Source: Macrostomum hystrix (taxonomy: Eukaryota; Animalia; Platyhelminthes). From it: a DNA stretch of 64,000 bases. The first letter of the stretch is position 1. Each line of letters opens with the position of its first letter. The DNA is taken from positions 2,728,001 to 2,792,000 of the forward strand of contig CATNEN010000001.1 of NCBI GenBank assembly GCA_950097015.1, given 5' to 3'. Shown in pieces: positions 23,190 to 35,956 of the stretch. The translations under genes were made by a program, and so were the position numbers. Below the pieces are notes generated by a model that saw only the letters and a list, made by a program, of their open reading frames with translations, ran no database searches and was not told the DNA's origin.

Positions 23190-26100
23190 TAGTAACGCCC
23201 TGAACCATGTCCAGAACTGGATGGTCAGGGACGACATACCCTCGCTCTCGGATCACTCGTACATTCAGTACCGAATCTCCGCCGAAGGATCCCGCCTGCC
23301 CTGCGCCGACCGCCCCAACCTGAAGAAGGCTGATTGGCCCGGGTTCCGCAGAGACCTAAGCAACCTCCTGGCCGAGGCAACCGAGGCCCTGCAGGGAACT
23401 GATCTGCCCAGCATCGAAAACCGCTGCAATACTCTCACTAACCTGTTACATACCGCCATTCGTGAAAACGCCCCCAAGGTAAAGCACAGGAAGAAATACT
23501 CGCCCTGGTGGAACCCCGAGCTCACCCGCTTGAAAAAGACCTCGCGCGGGCTGCAACGCCTTGCGCACAGCAGCAACACCCCGGTGGACTGGGAGAACTA
23601 CCACTCTGCCCTAAGGATCTACAAAAGCAGCATCCAACGGGCGAAGAAGAACACCTGGAAGGCCTACTGTGCCAGCCTGGAGGGTCAGCACCCTACGGCG
23701 CGGCTGGTCAGGTCACTCAGGCACGACAACCTCGCTCAGTGCAACTCTCTCCTGCATCTGGACGGTAACTACACCAGCACCGCAGAAGAATCCTTAAATC
23801 TGTTATTCTCTACCTGTTTTCCACAGGTTGAAAACCCCGAAAATGTGGTGAACGACCACAGACCACATGATCGCGACCTCTTTCAGCAATGCGCCTCGCC
23901 GAGCCTGCTGAGGCTAGCGGCTGACTCCTTCAAGCCTTTTAAGGCCCCAGGCCCGGACAAGATCAGCCCCTGTATCCTACAGGAGGCGCTTAAACTTCAG
24001 AGTTTCTCTGAAGCTCTCTCAAAATTGATCATTGACTGTTTTGTTACAGGCTACATACCTACCACCTGGAGAACCTCCAGGGTTGTCTTCATTCCCAAAC
24101 CTGCGAAGGGCGACTATACCAACGTGAAATCTTTCCGCCCCATTAGCCTCACCTCCTTCTGCGTCAAGCTGATGGAAAGGCTCATTCTATGGAGGCTCCG
24201 AGACTGCGACCTGCGGTCAGCCCCCATTAGTAAGTACCAGTTCGCTTTCCAACCTGGTAAAACTACCGAGCACGCGCTCCATGTTATTACTTCTGCTATT
24301 GAGAAAGCCATCCTTAGCAAGCAACTCGCTCTCGGGCTGTTTGTTGATATCGAAGGGGCCTTTGACAACGTCAACTTTGGCTCCTTCAGAGACACCCTTT
24401 TAGACAGAGGCGTCAGACCCAGCATAATTCGCTGGATTGACTTCACGCTCAATCCAGATCCGTTACCTCCACGCTCATGAACATCACCTGCACCCGCGCA
24501 GTGATGAAAGGTGGCGCCCAGGGCGGTGTGCTCACCCCGCTGCTCTGGAACCTCGTCATGGACGAGCTCCTGACGGCTGATGTACCTTGCAGTGTCACCA
24601 GGGCCGGCTATGCCGATGACGTCGCCGCGGTGGTCAGCGGGCCAGACACCAGCACCCTGCGTAACCTGCTACAGCAATTCGCCAACAAGGCAGGAAACTG
24701 GGCCACCCAGCATGGCCTCAAAATCAGCGTCACCAAGACGGTAGCAATTGTCTTCACTCGAAAACGTAAGTGGGACATGCAAAACCTCACCATCTATGGT
24801 AGGAACATCCCTTTCGAAAAGGAAACCAAGTACCTAGGTGTAACGCTCACGCACGATCTGCGCTGGACAAAACACCTTGGAAACATCATCGGACGAGCAA
24901 AACGTAGGGCCATTGGACCGACCTGGGGCCTCACCCCGAGAACGGTCCGCTGGATCTACACCGGTATCATTAGACCGAGTATTACGTATGCGAGCCTCAT
25001 TTGGTCCAGCGTACTGGAACAGAAAACCGCCCGCGACCGACTCTACCAGCTGCAGGGCAGCATCTGCCGTGCCATTGCAGGTGCGAACCCCTCCACCCCA
25101 TACGAGGGCCTAAATACTATCCTAAACATGCCTCCGCTCTATTTGTTTATTAGGGCGGAGGCTATGAAGTGCGCCTACCGGCTTATCTGCGATAAATCCA
25201 TTAAGAATACGCCAACCGGATTTATTCCTGACAAATCTCTCATTCCGCATCTGGACTATGTCCGCCGTGACCTTGCACACATCCACATCGACCCCAACGA
25301 TGTGGATAGCCAGCCTCCCTCCCTCATCCTCAGGAGGGGTTTTAGCGCCGTCATCCCTGACCGTAGTAGCACTCAGCTGGACGTCGGCGTAAACCAGCGC
25401 AGCCAGGGTATCCACTGCTTTACCGATGGCTCGCTGAGCAACGGCCTAGCCGGAGCAGGCATTGCCATCTTCCATGAGGGTAAGGCGCTCCTTCAGGAGA
25501 GCCTTCACCTTGGTGAGAACACGTCGGTCTTCCAAGCCGAAATCTACGCCATTAACCAATGCGCCAAACACCTCCTCAATGCCAACGTCAGCAGATTCAA
25601 CATCTGCATCTATTCTGACAGTCAAGCCGCCCTCAAGGCTCTGTCTGCCGTCAAACTCTCCACTCGGACGGTCTCTGACTGCCACCGAGACCTGCAGTCA
25701 CTCGCGGTCCTTAACAGGATCAGCCTAATCTGGATCCCAGGCCACAGCAACATCCTTGGCAACGAACTCGCGGACAAACTCGCCAAGGATGGCAGCAACC
25801 CGGACAATAACCACCGCCCGATCAGGGTACCGGTACCTAAATCCCTCATCAACCGCACTGTTGACAGGTGGCTAAATCAGCAACAGCAGCTCCACTGGAG
25901 TAGCTGCACCGACTATAGGCAGACCCGAATGGCCATGCCGATCATTAACCGGAAAGTCTCTGACTTTTTGATTTCACTTAATAGAACTGACCTCAGGGAG
26001 ATGTGCATGGTCATCACGGGCCATGGCTTCTTCCAGAGACACATTTCGCTACAAAATGGCTGCTCCCCCACCTGTCCCTTCTGTGGCATAGGTAAGGAAA

Positions 26101-26398
26101 CCGCTGCACATCACGTGACATTCTGCCCCTACTTCGAAAAGGCGCGCAACTTGCACCTCGGCCACCCGCAAGGGATGGACGAACTGACCACTCCGGACAA
26201 CATCCGAGACCTTCGCGCCTTCGTCCGTGACACCGGCCGGATGAAGGTCGCCGACGCCTCCCCGGCGAACCTGCCGACTGCTGGCGTGGGGTGGGCGCAC
26301 CCCCAAGGCTGAGGCCACCTTCCTTTTACCTTGGGGTTGCGATAGGGGCCTCGCGGCCTATTCGCGGCGTCTCGCCCCCCCGCCAGTAGTAGTAGTAG

Positions 26399-27058
26399 TA
26401 AGCAGAACACTGGCTGAGTGATTATGCAAGCGAAAGATTAATTGATCATCGCCCTCGCTTCCGTGGCGGCAGTTGCGAAAGGCGGGGAACAGAAGGGAAA
26501 CTCAATTGGCAGGGGAGTTTGACACGTACTCCTTGATCCGCCAGGAAGAGAGGAAAAACCCGCCAAGGAATTCCCCACCCCTAGCAGAGAAACACATGCT
26601 ACACTCCGCATTTTACTCGCAAATCCCTAGCTCCTTATTACTCGCATGCGCGCTTACAGTTGCCTTCCTGCCGCAGCCTTCAGCTCGGCCTCACCAGAGC
26701 CCACCCCCTAATGAGTTAGCCACTCATGATCGAGGGCTGTCTAAAGATAAAATAAAGATAAGAGAACGGCATAGTGAAAGGACTTATTGTTATTAAAATT
26801 AGCCTAATAATTAAGTGATTGGCAAGTAGATTGTCTGTGTATTAAGCCACCAATCCTACGTTTTCCCTCCCACTAATTGGCCGCCCAACTAAAAGTACTA
26901 GTCCCTTAGGAGTAATAATCACAAGCCGCTGCGCGGGTTACTTATCTGAAGTCGCTTGGCCGCGTGCTGCAGTCCTGTCGTTCTCGGGGGAAGGTAGGGC
27001 AAAACAGCAAAGGCAGAGAAGGGAAAACTATTGCGAATTGGCAGGGGCCAACACACTA
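26399..27058. repeat. Repeat X copy 2, part 2
   Basis: Resumes at the LINE TSD and matches about 11870-12525 and 39760-40430. Confidence 0.85.
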
Positions 27059-27668
27059 CCCTAGACCCAGATCATGGACAGATCATCCATGGTCCATGGC
27101 CAATTGAAGATTCATGGATGGCCATGGCTTTTTCATGCATGGAATATTGTCGCAATTAAAATTCTCCATGCTGAACCATGCATGGGAAACCTTTTATTTT
27201 ACCCTATTTGCAAAGTATTTTTAATCTATATCACATAAATTATTTACTTTTTAAACGCAAATTTGCAAAAATAGAATCTTCTTTGCAAGATAACTGTATG
27301 TTAAAAAGTACATTTTTGTTAATATAGTTAACTACGCATATTTTTCAAATTAATTTATTGTCTGACGGCGGCCATTTTGTTTTTAATTTTATTCACTTTT
27401 AGCTCTTCAGTGGTTCAGATTATTTATTCCGATACATTCTATGACAAATTATCACAAATCGGAATAATTTTACCGAAGTTTATATATATAATTATATAAT
27501 AATTTAAAAATTTAATTAATTAATTAATAATATAAATGTCTATAAATATTATATATGCATTGACCAAGTGATCATAACAACAAACATCGAGCTAGCTTCC
27601 CCACACCTTTTTGTTGTTTTGTCCAAGTTTACAAGTTTGTCCTTATTTATTAATTTGCTATTTTTAAA

Positions 27669-29525
27669 ATGCAAGCAATTGGTCAAAGAGCAAAGAAAAG
27701 GGCCTCTTCTCGGATCCCAGATGACTTCTCTTCTGTCTTTTTCTGTTTTGTTCTCCCAAATACATCATTTGAGGAGAAGATTGCTTGCATTGCTTTTGGT
27801 TCACCATATTGGCCATCTGCATTATCTGGTGATGAAAAAATGAGTTTGTCATTTGTAAGTTGTATTTTATTGACAATTCTTAAAAAATTAAACTATTAGA
27901 TTTATAATAAACAATTTGTAATAATAAATGTAATTCAAAACATTTTAGGGCTCTACTGTTTATTTGCAAATGTATGGTCAACTATTTGCTGCTAAGCTTG
28001 TTGCTAAAGTCTCTCAGCGACAAATGGCCTCTTTCATGGAAAATCTGTCATCATTAGTCAGTGAGGCTGAAGGGACAGATTGTTTAGTTGAGAAAGCCAT
28101 AGCAGCCTTTATTTCTTTGAATACTTGTCCACCAGCTAAGCAGTCACGACAAATGGTTTCTACAAATGTTGCTGAGTCTGAAGATCTTGTTGATGACCTT
28201 GGACTCTATGGGTCCTTAGCTGATGCTGCTAGGCCTAATGAATCTATTAGTGGCCCTAGCAGTGGCACTCAAGGTGCCACTCTTCTTGATACTCCTCATT
28301 GCGTGTCTTGTGAGTATCAAATAAAAAATTCACTTTATTTTGGCTATTTGGTTATTAATTCACATTAACAATTTAAATTGAAGTGTCCTTTTGTGTTTAA
28401 TTTTAGCTGCAGCACAAATTGCTTACCAGAAAGAAATGCGCATCATTTCTGAAGAAGCTGCTCGAGCAACAGGCCTATTAGATAGAAGTCAGTTTTTCTT
28501 TATAGCTATTTAATTTAGGATTCTCTTTTAAAATACATTACCTACCACTGTTTCCTTTAATAAAGGCACTGCTAGTCCAAGTTCTATTGTACTACAAGAT
28601 CAACTTGGTGATGTTTCTACCAAGCAGACAGGAATTTCTGCAGGTATTTCTATAGTTGTTGAATCAAATTAATTCAGCCACACTTTGTTCTAGTTTTAAT
28701 ATTTTTTACTTTTAGATGTGCAGAACTTCATTCGTGGAGAATTAGCTGCTCTTGAAAAGCGGCTTATGGTCAGAATCAGCCGCCTTCTGAAGAAAGATAG
28801 TAACTTCAAAGGGCATCTCACAATAAAGGAGTTTGAGGATGAGGTACTTTTGATAATATGATTTATATAAATGCCTAAAAATGTATTTTTCTATTTTAAT
28901 AGTCATAATTTTTTATTACTGGATCCAGGAATTCCGCTCCATTGATGGGAAGCTGGTGACTATCTCATCAATTCTATGCAATGAGCCTAAGGTTTTCATA
29001 AGGAACTACATTCAGCTTCGTTTTGGACAAGGCTACCTTATGGACTATATTATTGATTCGACCTGTGGAGGACGTAGTCAGCGCATGCCAGCTCCAGCAA
29101 CACATGTTATGGAATTTCAGCGCAGGATTTTTTCACTCTATGAAATTTTATTTATTTGTTGCAATTGTAGCCTGTAGGATGTTATAGTTTTGCTTTTACT
29201 TTTTTGTGTTTTTTTGGTTTGTTTTATTATATGTTAAATGTTAAGTCTATGTTCCAGATGCATTCCGAAAATGGTATTATGCAATGTAAAGATATATTGT
29301 GGTCACCCTACAAATGTCTTTGCAGGTCTCCTGCAAGTCTGCTACAGAACAAGTGGTTTCGATTTTTCCGAAATCTGGCGAGCTGTACGGGATTATCTCA
29401 ACCAGCTGGCTCGTGAGCAGACTCGGTTATCCAAGGAGCAAAATCTGCAGCCTAAAGAGCAAAGTCGAAGGTCCTCCAAAGGCAAGCAGGCACCTCTCGA
29501 TTCTGTCCTCCGTGTAATTGATTAA
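27669..29525 (+). CDS. Multi-exon accessory (TnpA-like) gene of the CACTA-like element; exon chain only partly resolved
   Basis: GC-richer blocks between AT-rich introns, with acceptors near 27948, 28406, 28565, 28715, 28928 and 29257 and donors near 28310, 28488, 28644 and 28844. Some junction phases could not be reconciled. Confidence 0.5.
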
Positions 29526-31822
29526 TGACCAGCAGTGAGAGTGACAAGTCTCTTTCAACCGACTATTCCGCTTATTCTGTTGAATCTTTATCGTCTCCAA
29601 ATTCAAGTTTAAGTAGTGTAAGTTCATCACCTGTCCCGATTTCTGAGGAACAAGCACCAATACCCGCTAGTCAGGCAAACACTCCATCTAGTAGTCGCTG
29701 TAATTTAGACAATAAGTCAGATTCAGAAAGTCTCGATTATTTAGAATCTTTAGTTACTGTCTCTGACTCAGGGGTCAGAGCGGCCTTGTTATATTTTTTA
29801 GTAGTATCATCAGGTATCTCCGAGGCTGCACTCGAAAGGATTCTCAAGTTATTTAGCATTTTAAATCGTGGCTCACCAGAAGTATTTCCAGCGACTGTTC
29901 CTTTGTTAAAATCAAGTCTCAAGTCAGTTTGTTCGATAGAAAGTAGTTTTGTATCTGAGGTGCTTCTTTGCAATGTCTGCAAAGGGCAGTGCGATGCTCA
30001 TCCTGAATCTGGGAAGGCTCGAGTAAGTATTTTAGATATTACTCCACAGCTGTGCGCCACCTTGAATAAACACCTAAGTACTATTTTAGAATATGATCAA
30101 GAATTAAAGCAAACTCATAATACTGATGTTTTAAACTCGCAAATTGTTCGCGATCGCAATTTACCATTAAGCTCTGATAAAAATGTACACCTGCACCTAC
30201 TTTTATCCGCTGATGGCGCTAATCTTTTTGAAAGTGTTCGTGCTAGCTTTTGGCCTTTTCAGGCTCAAATTCTCAACCTTCCAGCTCGAATTAGACAGCG
30301 CTTCACCAATTTAATTTTATTAGGTCTTGTCCAAGCAACTTCTATTCCTTCGTTTGATATTATTTTGCCAATTATTCTGACTACTTTACCAAATCAATTT
30401 GTATTCAAGGACTACACTATTTATGTCCACTCGACTTTATTTGTATGCGATTTACCTGCTCTAGCTAAGCTATTCTGCATTCGACAATTCAATGGGGCCT
30501 TCAGTTGCCCAAAATGTGAGCACCCAGGTGAATCATTCAAAGTATCCAGCAAAGGGATCAACTGGATTTTTAGGTTTGACGAGCAGCATATTTTTCCTTT
30601 ACGAACAGTGGAATCCCACAAACGACATTGTCAGTTGTCTCGTATTCGTGGTAAACCTGTTGTTGGAGTAAAATCGGAGAGTTTTTTACTACAATATATA
30701 GCGTTTCCTGACTGCAATCCTATCGACTCTTTGCATTGTTTTTTTGAAGGCCAAGTTAAGTGCATTCTCGAGGAAATTACTTCCCTATCTAACCGACCGC
30801 AGTCGTTTTTTTGTTCGGGTCATGTCATTGAGTATGTTTCCAACTGTTTAAAAGGCGCCGTCGTGCCATCGTGCGTGTCCTTTCCAACATCATTTTCTTC
30901 TTTCACTGACTGGAAGGCAAAGCATTACAAAAATGTTGCTTTTTATCTTATGTTTCCTTTATTTGCTTTGCGTATCAACAACCAGGCTCTAAAATTTTTA
31001 ATAATTACTTCATCCCTTTTGTACCACATGCTGTATAACGTAAAGTCGCTCGAAAAGGATATCCAAGAATTAGCTGAAGCCTTGGTTAAGCAGGTACACT
31101 CAGTTTTTGGATTGCGACTTTTGCGACTAAACTTTCATTTAATATTACATATCGCTAAGCAATATGCGTAGCTAGGCCCTGTTTGTAATTATTCCATGTT
31201 TTCGTTTGAGAGTTCGATTGGTAATTTTAAGAAATATTTATGCGGAACTTCTTCCTTTGGCTCACAATTAGTTACAAAGTTTTTACTACAAAAGGAGCTG
31301 GCTCTATTTTTGTCTCAGCAAACTGATCCACTTGTTAAAGAAGCTTATAATGCTATCGCAATTGAACCGATACGGTCAGAAGGAATTTTGAAGAAATCTC
31401 TCGCCTATATCAATGGCAATTTTTTCTCACCCCAAGGTGCTACGTTTATTTCATCTAATAACCACGTGTGTAGAACCACTGCCGGTGAATTTTGCTCTAT
31501 TATTAATTTTCAACCACCAATGCATGTTCTTGTACGTGTTCTGCACCCTATGAGCTCCTTATTTGACTACGTTATGTCCAACACAAACTTGGATGAGAAT
31601 GCAGATTTAGCAGAATGGCGATTGCTGTTGCAAACTAAGTATGCTAAAGTAAATAATTTTCATTTTATACTCGTCAACATTTCTAATTCTAGTGTCAATG
31701 CTACCGAAAAGTTGATACCATTAAGTGACTTAGGTCGCCCATGTATTGCCCTGCCCATGAAAATTATCGATGTAAATACGTATTGTTTGATTCCATTGTG
31801 TAGCGAGTTTGAGCACGACTAG
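29525..31822 (+). pseudogene. CACTA-like DDE transposase with one in-frame TAG (31169-31171)
   Basis: SADG, FWP, CDLPA, FNG..SCPKC, IDSLH, then HLILH...LGP...MFSFES continuing in the same frame across the stop. Confidence 0.85.
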
Positions 31823-32530
31823 TTGACTACAATTTTATGTTCTTTTTTATTACAAGCATCCTGCATTAAGAGTCACATGTTGTTACTGCCAGAGGTTTTA
31901 TTAGCCTGTTAAAAAAACAGAAAAAATTACTTTGAATTCTCTAAAAAACTAAAAGAGTTTCTAGAACTCTGGGGATTTTTCACAACTCTGAATAAAAATT
32001 TAGGATTCTGGGATTAAAAATGTAGAGATTTTGGCATTGAAAATTCGGAGATTTTTGTGGCACTGGCACTGTATTCGACTGTTTGTGGTTACCAAATGGT
32101 CACTGTTGCAAAATCAATGAATTTATTATTTATTTATTGCTTAACTTATTTACCACTGATACTTTGACTTCGTACAATTTGGACCTACAATTAATAAACA
32201 ATCGGAAACCTACTTATTTTGTCTCTTTATTTTTAGCTATGGCTACTTATTAAAGGCGAATGTCTTTCTATATAATTTAGTTCTTTATACTGCACTCTCT
32301 GTCCTCAATAAACTATTTTGCATGCACATTTCGATGGCAAAATGTATACCCATGGAGGCCCATAGATGGACAGAAGCGCCATGAATGATCATGGATGGTA
32401 TAAATTCCATGGATGTAATATGCATGGACACATGTATGAACATGTATGGGACCATGGATGTTCCTGGATGATCCATGCATGGGACAATGCTAGGCTCCAT
32501 GGATGATCTGTCCATGATCTGGGTCTAGGG

Positions 32531-33090
32531 TAGGAGCTCAGAGGCTCAATTTAAAGCTCACCTAACGAGGTGGCTTGCGCTTAGGGGATTGGGAGCAGGC
32601 AATGGGCCTGTGATAGCTGAGCAGAGCTCGGGGCTCAAGGGTCTAAGCCCTACGTGGGTCCGGAATATGAGTCCGGGGTCCGGGGGGGAGTCCGGTTCCG
32701 AAGGGGGGTCCAAGGTTCCGTCGGGAAGGTTCCAGAGGGAGCAGCGCAGCGCGCTTGCTTAAATAGTCTTGCAGCACGCCAACCCCGACATCCATCAAAG
32801 CAGCCCGCATTCGCGCCAGCCTGTCAACGGGGAATCGAAGCGGCGATGGGCCGCCCCGATTACCCAATGAACCGACGGCGGGAAACGACAGATGTTCTGC
32901 GCGAACAGCCGTCGGCAGTCGGCCAATGATTGTTACTCCGCCGGGACAATGGGAAGCGCAGGCGCCGACCTGCCTACAGTGACATTTACATGTATCTAAA
33001 GGAGGGAGGTCATAAAGTCGAGCTGGGCTCGAATACTGTAAAGAAGTGGGGACATGAAGAATTAATGATCACTCATAATGCCCGAGTGAT
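32531..33090. repeat. Repeat X copy 2, part 3
   Basis: Matches about 12527-13106; ...cagtgaca at 32984, then 106 bp that read identical to 13001-13106. Confidence 0.85.
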
Positions 33091-33862
33091 TCCCGGTACT
33101 GGCGTACCCGGAGTACACTTCTGACCCGAAAGTCACTTTCATCCTCGACACAGATGCCTCTGATGACCGCATAGGAGCTTGTCTGAATCAACTGCAGTCT
33201 GATGGAGTAGAGAGGCCTGTTGGCTACTACAGCCGGAAGCTGCGAGGGCCGGAGACCCGCTACACTACGACCCGCAAGGAACTGTTGGCAGTCGTAGATG
33301 CGATGCGGCATTTCCGGTACTTCCTGGTTGGCAAGAAGTTTGTGGTCCGGTCTGATCACAAGGCCCTGCTGTGGCTCATGCATCAGACTGAGGCGACAGG
33401 CATCTTGGGCCGTTGGGTTGAGAGGATGAGTGAGTTTGATTTCACCACTCATGGTTTAATCGTCCTGGAAAGTCTCACCAAAATGCTGACTCGATGTCGA
33501 GAAAGCCGGATAATCCGGTCAATTGTTCTTTTGGGGTATTAACACCCCACAACCTGTTCGGTGCGAGTGCTTGCACCCGCCAATTTTCGAGTTATCTGGA
33601 GTAGGGACAGGAAGGGATCAATAAGCAGGGTGAAATCAATGAGGCCGCAGAACCACTGCGAGCGGTGAAGCCCAAGGCTCAGGATGTCGCTGACGGCCGA
33701 TCAGGAAGGGAAGCAGCTGTGTCTGAAGGACTGGTGGAAGAGCCGGTCCTGGAACCTGTCGAGGTGCGCCAAGATAAGGCGGTGCTGCAAGGGTGTCAGG
33801 AAGACACGACCGCAGGCCAGCTTTTGAGGCGGGAAGCAACTGTCTACGGGGCTCCGCAGTCA

Positions 33863-34382
33863 GCTCGTTGCAGCCAGTTCTGCCTGCAGACTGTGGATGC
33901 CGCCGTGCAGACGGTAGCTACTGAAAGTAGCTGGAGCCAGGGAGCCACAAGGGAGGAGCACTGGGTGCGGGGCTGTGATGCCAAGGCGCAAGTGCAGACT
34001 CAGGTGGTGGTGGAAGGCTCAGAGGTAAAGGAGACTGTGCCCGCTCGTTGCAGCCAGTCCTGCCTGCAGGCGCCGGATCCAGAGCCTCTGGTGTGTCCGG
34101 AGACAGAGGAGGGAGTGTCCGCTCGTTGCAGCCAGTCCTGCCTGCAGACACCGAATCCTGCTGTTGAGGAGTTCTCAGAAACAGGGGAGAAGTCGCTGGC
34201 TCGATGCAGCAAGTCCTGCCTGCGAGCGACGGATCCCGCTGTGTCAGGGTCCTCGGGTCAGGAGGATCAGCAGTTAGCTCGTTGCAGCCAGTCCTGCCTG
34301 CCGACTGTTGGTCTCTCCGTGGGACAGGGAGCAGAGGTAGAGGGGAGTTGTCAGACTCGTTGCGACCAGTCTCGCCTGTCAA
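33863..34382 (+). repeat. 78-bp periodic coding repeat (ARCSQSCL core) in the RNase H-integrase linker
   Basis: Core gctcgttgcagccagtcctgcctgc at 33863, 34043, 34121, 34199, 34277 and 34355. Confidence 0.9.
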
Positions 34383-35940
34383 GGACACCCCTGCTGCCAG
34401 GGCTCCTGGGTCCAAGGACAAGGAGGACAAAGACAGTGGAGAGCTGCCTCCGGTAAGAGCAGTGGTGACAGAGTTCCTGAAGGTGCCGGTTAGCCAGGTC
34501 GAGTTGCTAGAAGCTCAGCACCAAGACCCAGCAATCAGGTACCTGACGGAACTGAAGCTGTCAGGAAGGCAAAAGCCCAGGTTCGATCAGCGACTCCAGA
34601 TGCCGAAAGAGGTCAGAGACCTCCTGGGTGCATTTGAGGAGCTGGAGGTGCGCGACGGGTTGCTCGTCATTGACTTTGATGACAACCGGCCGCCGCGACC
34701 GGTGCTACCGAAAGCATTAGACTCGCGCGTCTTTGAGGCCTTGCATGACTCACCTTTGGCGGGTCATCTCGGTCAGTCCAAGACAGTGCAGAGAGTTAGA
34801 GACAGGTTCTGGAGACCCGGTCTCTGGTCGGAGGCGACGGGGTACGTGGCGCGTTGCAGGACATGCCTGGAGAGCAAGACAAGGCGGAAGGAGATGGTTC
34901 CACCGCAGAGCTTTCCAGTGTGTGAGGTCTTGGGAAGGGTGCACGCCGACGTAATCGGGCCTTTGTCACAAGCAAGTGCCCGAGGACATCGGTACATCCT
35001 CACCCTGTGCGATGCAACTTCGAAATACCCGTTTGCCTATCCGATGCGAAACCAGAAGACTAAGACTGCGATCAAACTGCTGCTAGATAGGTTCATTCCC
35101 GAGTACGGTGCACCAGCCTGGCTGCACACGGACCAGGGGACGAACTTTATGAGTGCAGAGTTTGAGGACTTCTGTAAGCTGTACGGCATCCGTCACACGC
35201 ACACGTGTCCCTATAACCCGGCCAGCAATGGCCAGGTCGAAAATCTGAATCGCCAGATTAAGTCAGTGCTCACGTGCTTGTTGGAAAAGGATCACAGGGA
35301 TTGGGACCTGATGCTGCCCGCGTGCTTAATCGCGTTGCGCACCAGTGTCCACCCTGTGACCGGGTACACACCGTATTTCCTGGTCTTCGGACGGGAGTAC
35401 CGGCTGCCTGTCGACAACACGCTGACTGCACTGGCTGAGTACGCAGACCTGCCAGATTATCTCCGACAGTTCCAGGAGCGCATAGACCAGGCGGTCAATT
35501 GTGCCCGGGACAAGCTCGAGAGGTATCGGGTGCTGCGGGAAGAGCACTACCAAGAGAGACCGCAGGCGAAACCACTCCGCCCGGGCCAGCTGGTCTTACT
35601 TAACAACCCGGTGATCGAATCCGGAGAGATCAGCAAGTTTCATCGGCCTCGTCAATCGGTCTACGTGGTACTCGAGAGTAAAGGCGAGCCAGTGTATAAG
35701 ATCCGGCGACACGGTAGCACCAAGAAGGCCAGGAAGCAGGTGCTGGTAGTCCATCGGCGCAACCTGCTTCCGGTACTGGCCTCGATATGCGACAGGACGG
35801 AGGAGGCGAGCACGGCACGGCGAAAGCTCGGGAGGCCACCCAAGGGTAGCCCTCCGACAGCTGCCGCGGCCGGCGAACGAGACAACAGCGACGACAACAG
35901 CGACGACGACGAGATCGGCCTGTGGAGCGCTCGAAGGTGA
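34204..35940 (+). pseudogene. pol: Gypsy integrase region (frameshifted relative to the upstream pol)
   Basis: HHCC finger (LHDSPLAGH...CRTC), VHADVIGP, HTDQG, SNGQVE, GYTPYFLVFGR, VVHRRNL. Confidence 0.88.
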
Positions 35941-35956
35941 CACTTGCGACCACGAG

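Larger units (their letters stand above)
21212..26312 (+). pseudogene. LINE ORF2 (APE endonuclease, RT, RNase H, zinc knuckle), split by a mariner and one frameshift
   Basis: QINLHH, IQEPY, DANAH, SDH, PWWN, KAPGPD, RPISL, QGGVL, YADD, KYLGV, WGLTP, FTDGS, DSQAAL, WIPGH, CPFC..H..C. Removing the mariner and one TA restores the frame (LAS-SNALNH). Frameshift near 24450-24480. Confidence 0.9.
20221..26398 (+). mobile_element. Non-LTR retrotransposon with RNase H (LOA/Lian-like), apparently full length
   Basis: TSD taagcagaacactg (20207-20220 and 26399-26412; the first bases overlap the tail); (AGT)n 3' tail; ORF1 plus ORF2 with APE-RT-RNase H-CCHC. Confidence 0.93.
27059..32530 (+). mobile_element. 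EnSpm/CACTA-superfamily DNA transposon with CCC...GGG termini (5472 bp)
   Basis: Perfect 34-bp TIR ccctagacccagatcatggacagatcatccatgg; 2-bp TSD TA (27057-27058 and 32531-32532); ccatgg subterminal repeats; repeat X resumes after it. Confidence 0.9.

Noticed and set aside
23089-23191. Apparent N-terminus of the 463-aa ORF
   Set aside because: Read-through of the mariner 3' end; the LINE frame resumes at 23192.
33863-34382. CRISPR array
   Set aside because: Eukaryotic retroelement context, no cas genes, and the period is a multiple of 3 within an open frame. Reported as a coding repeat instead.
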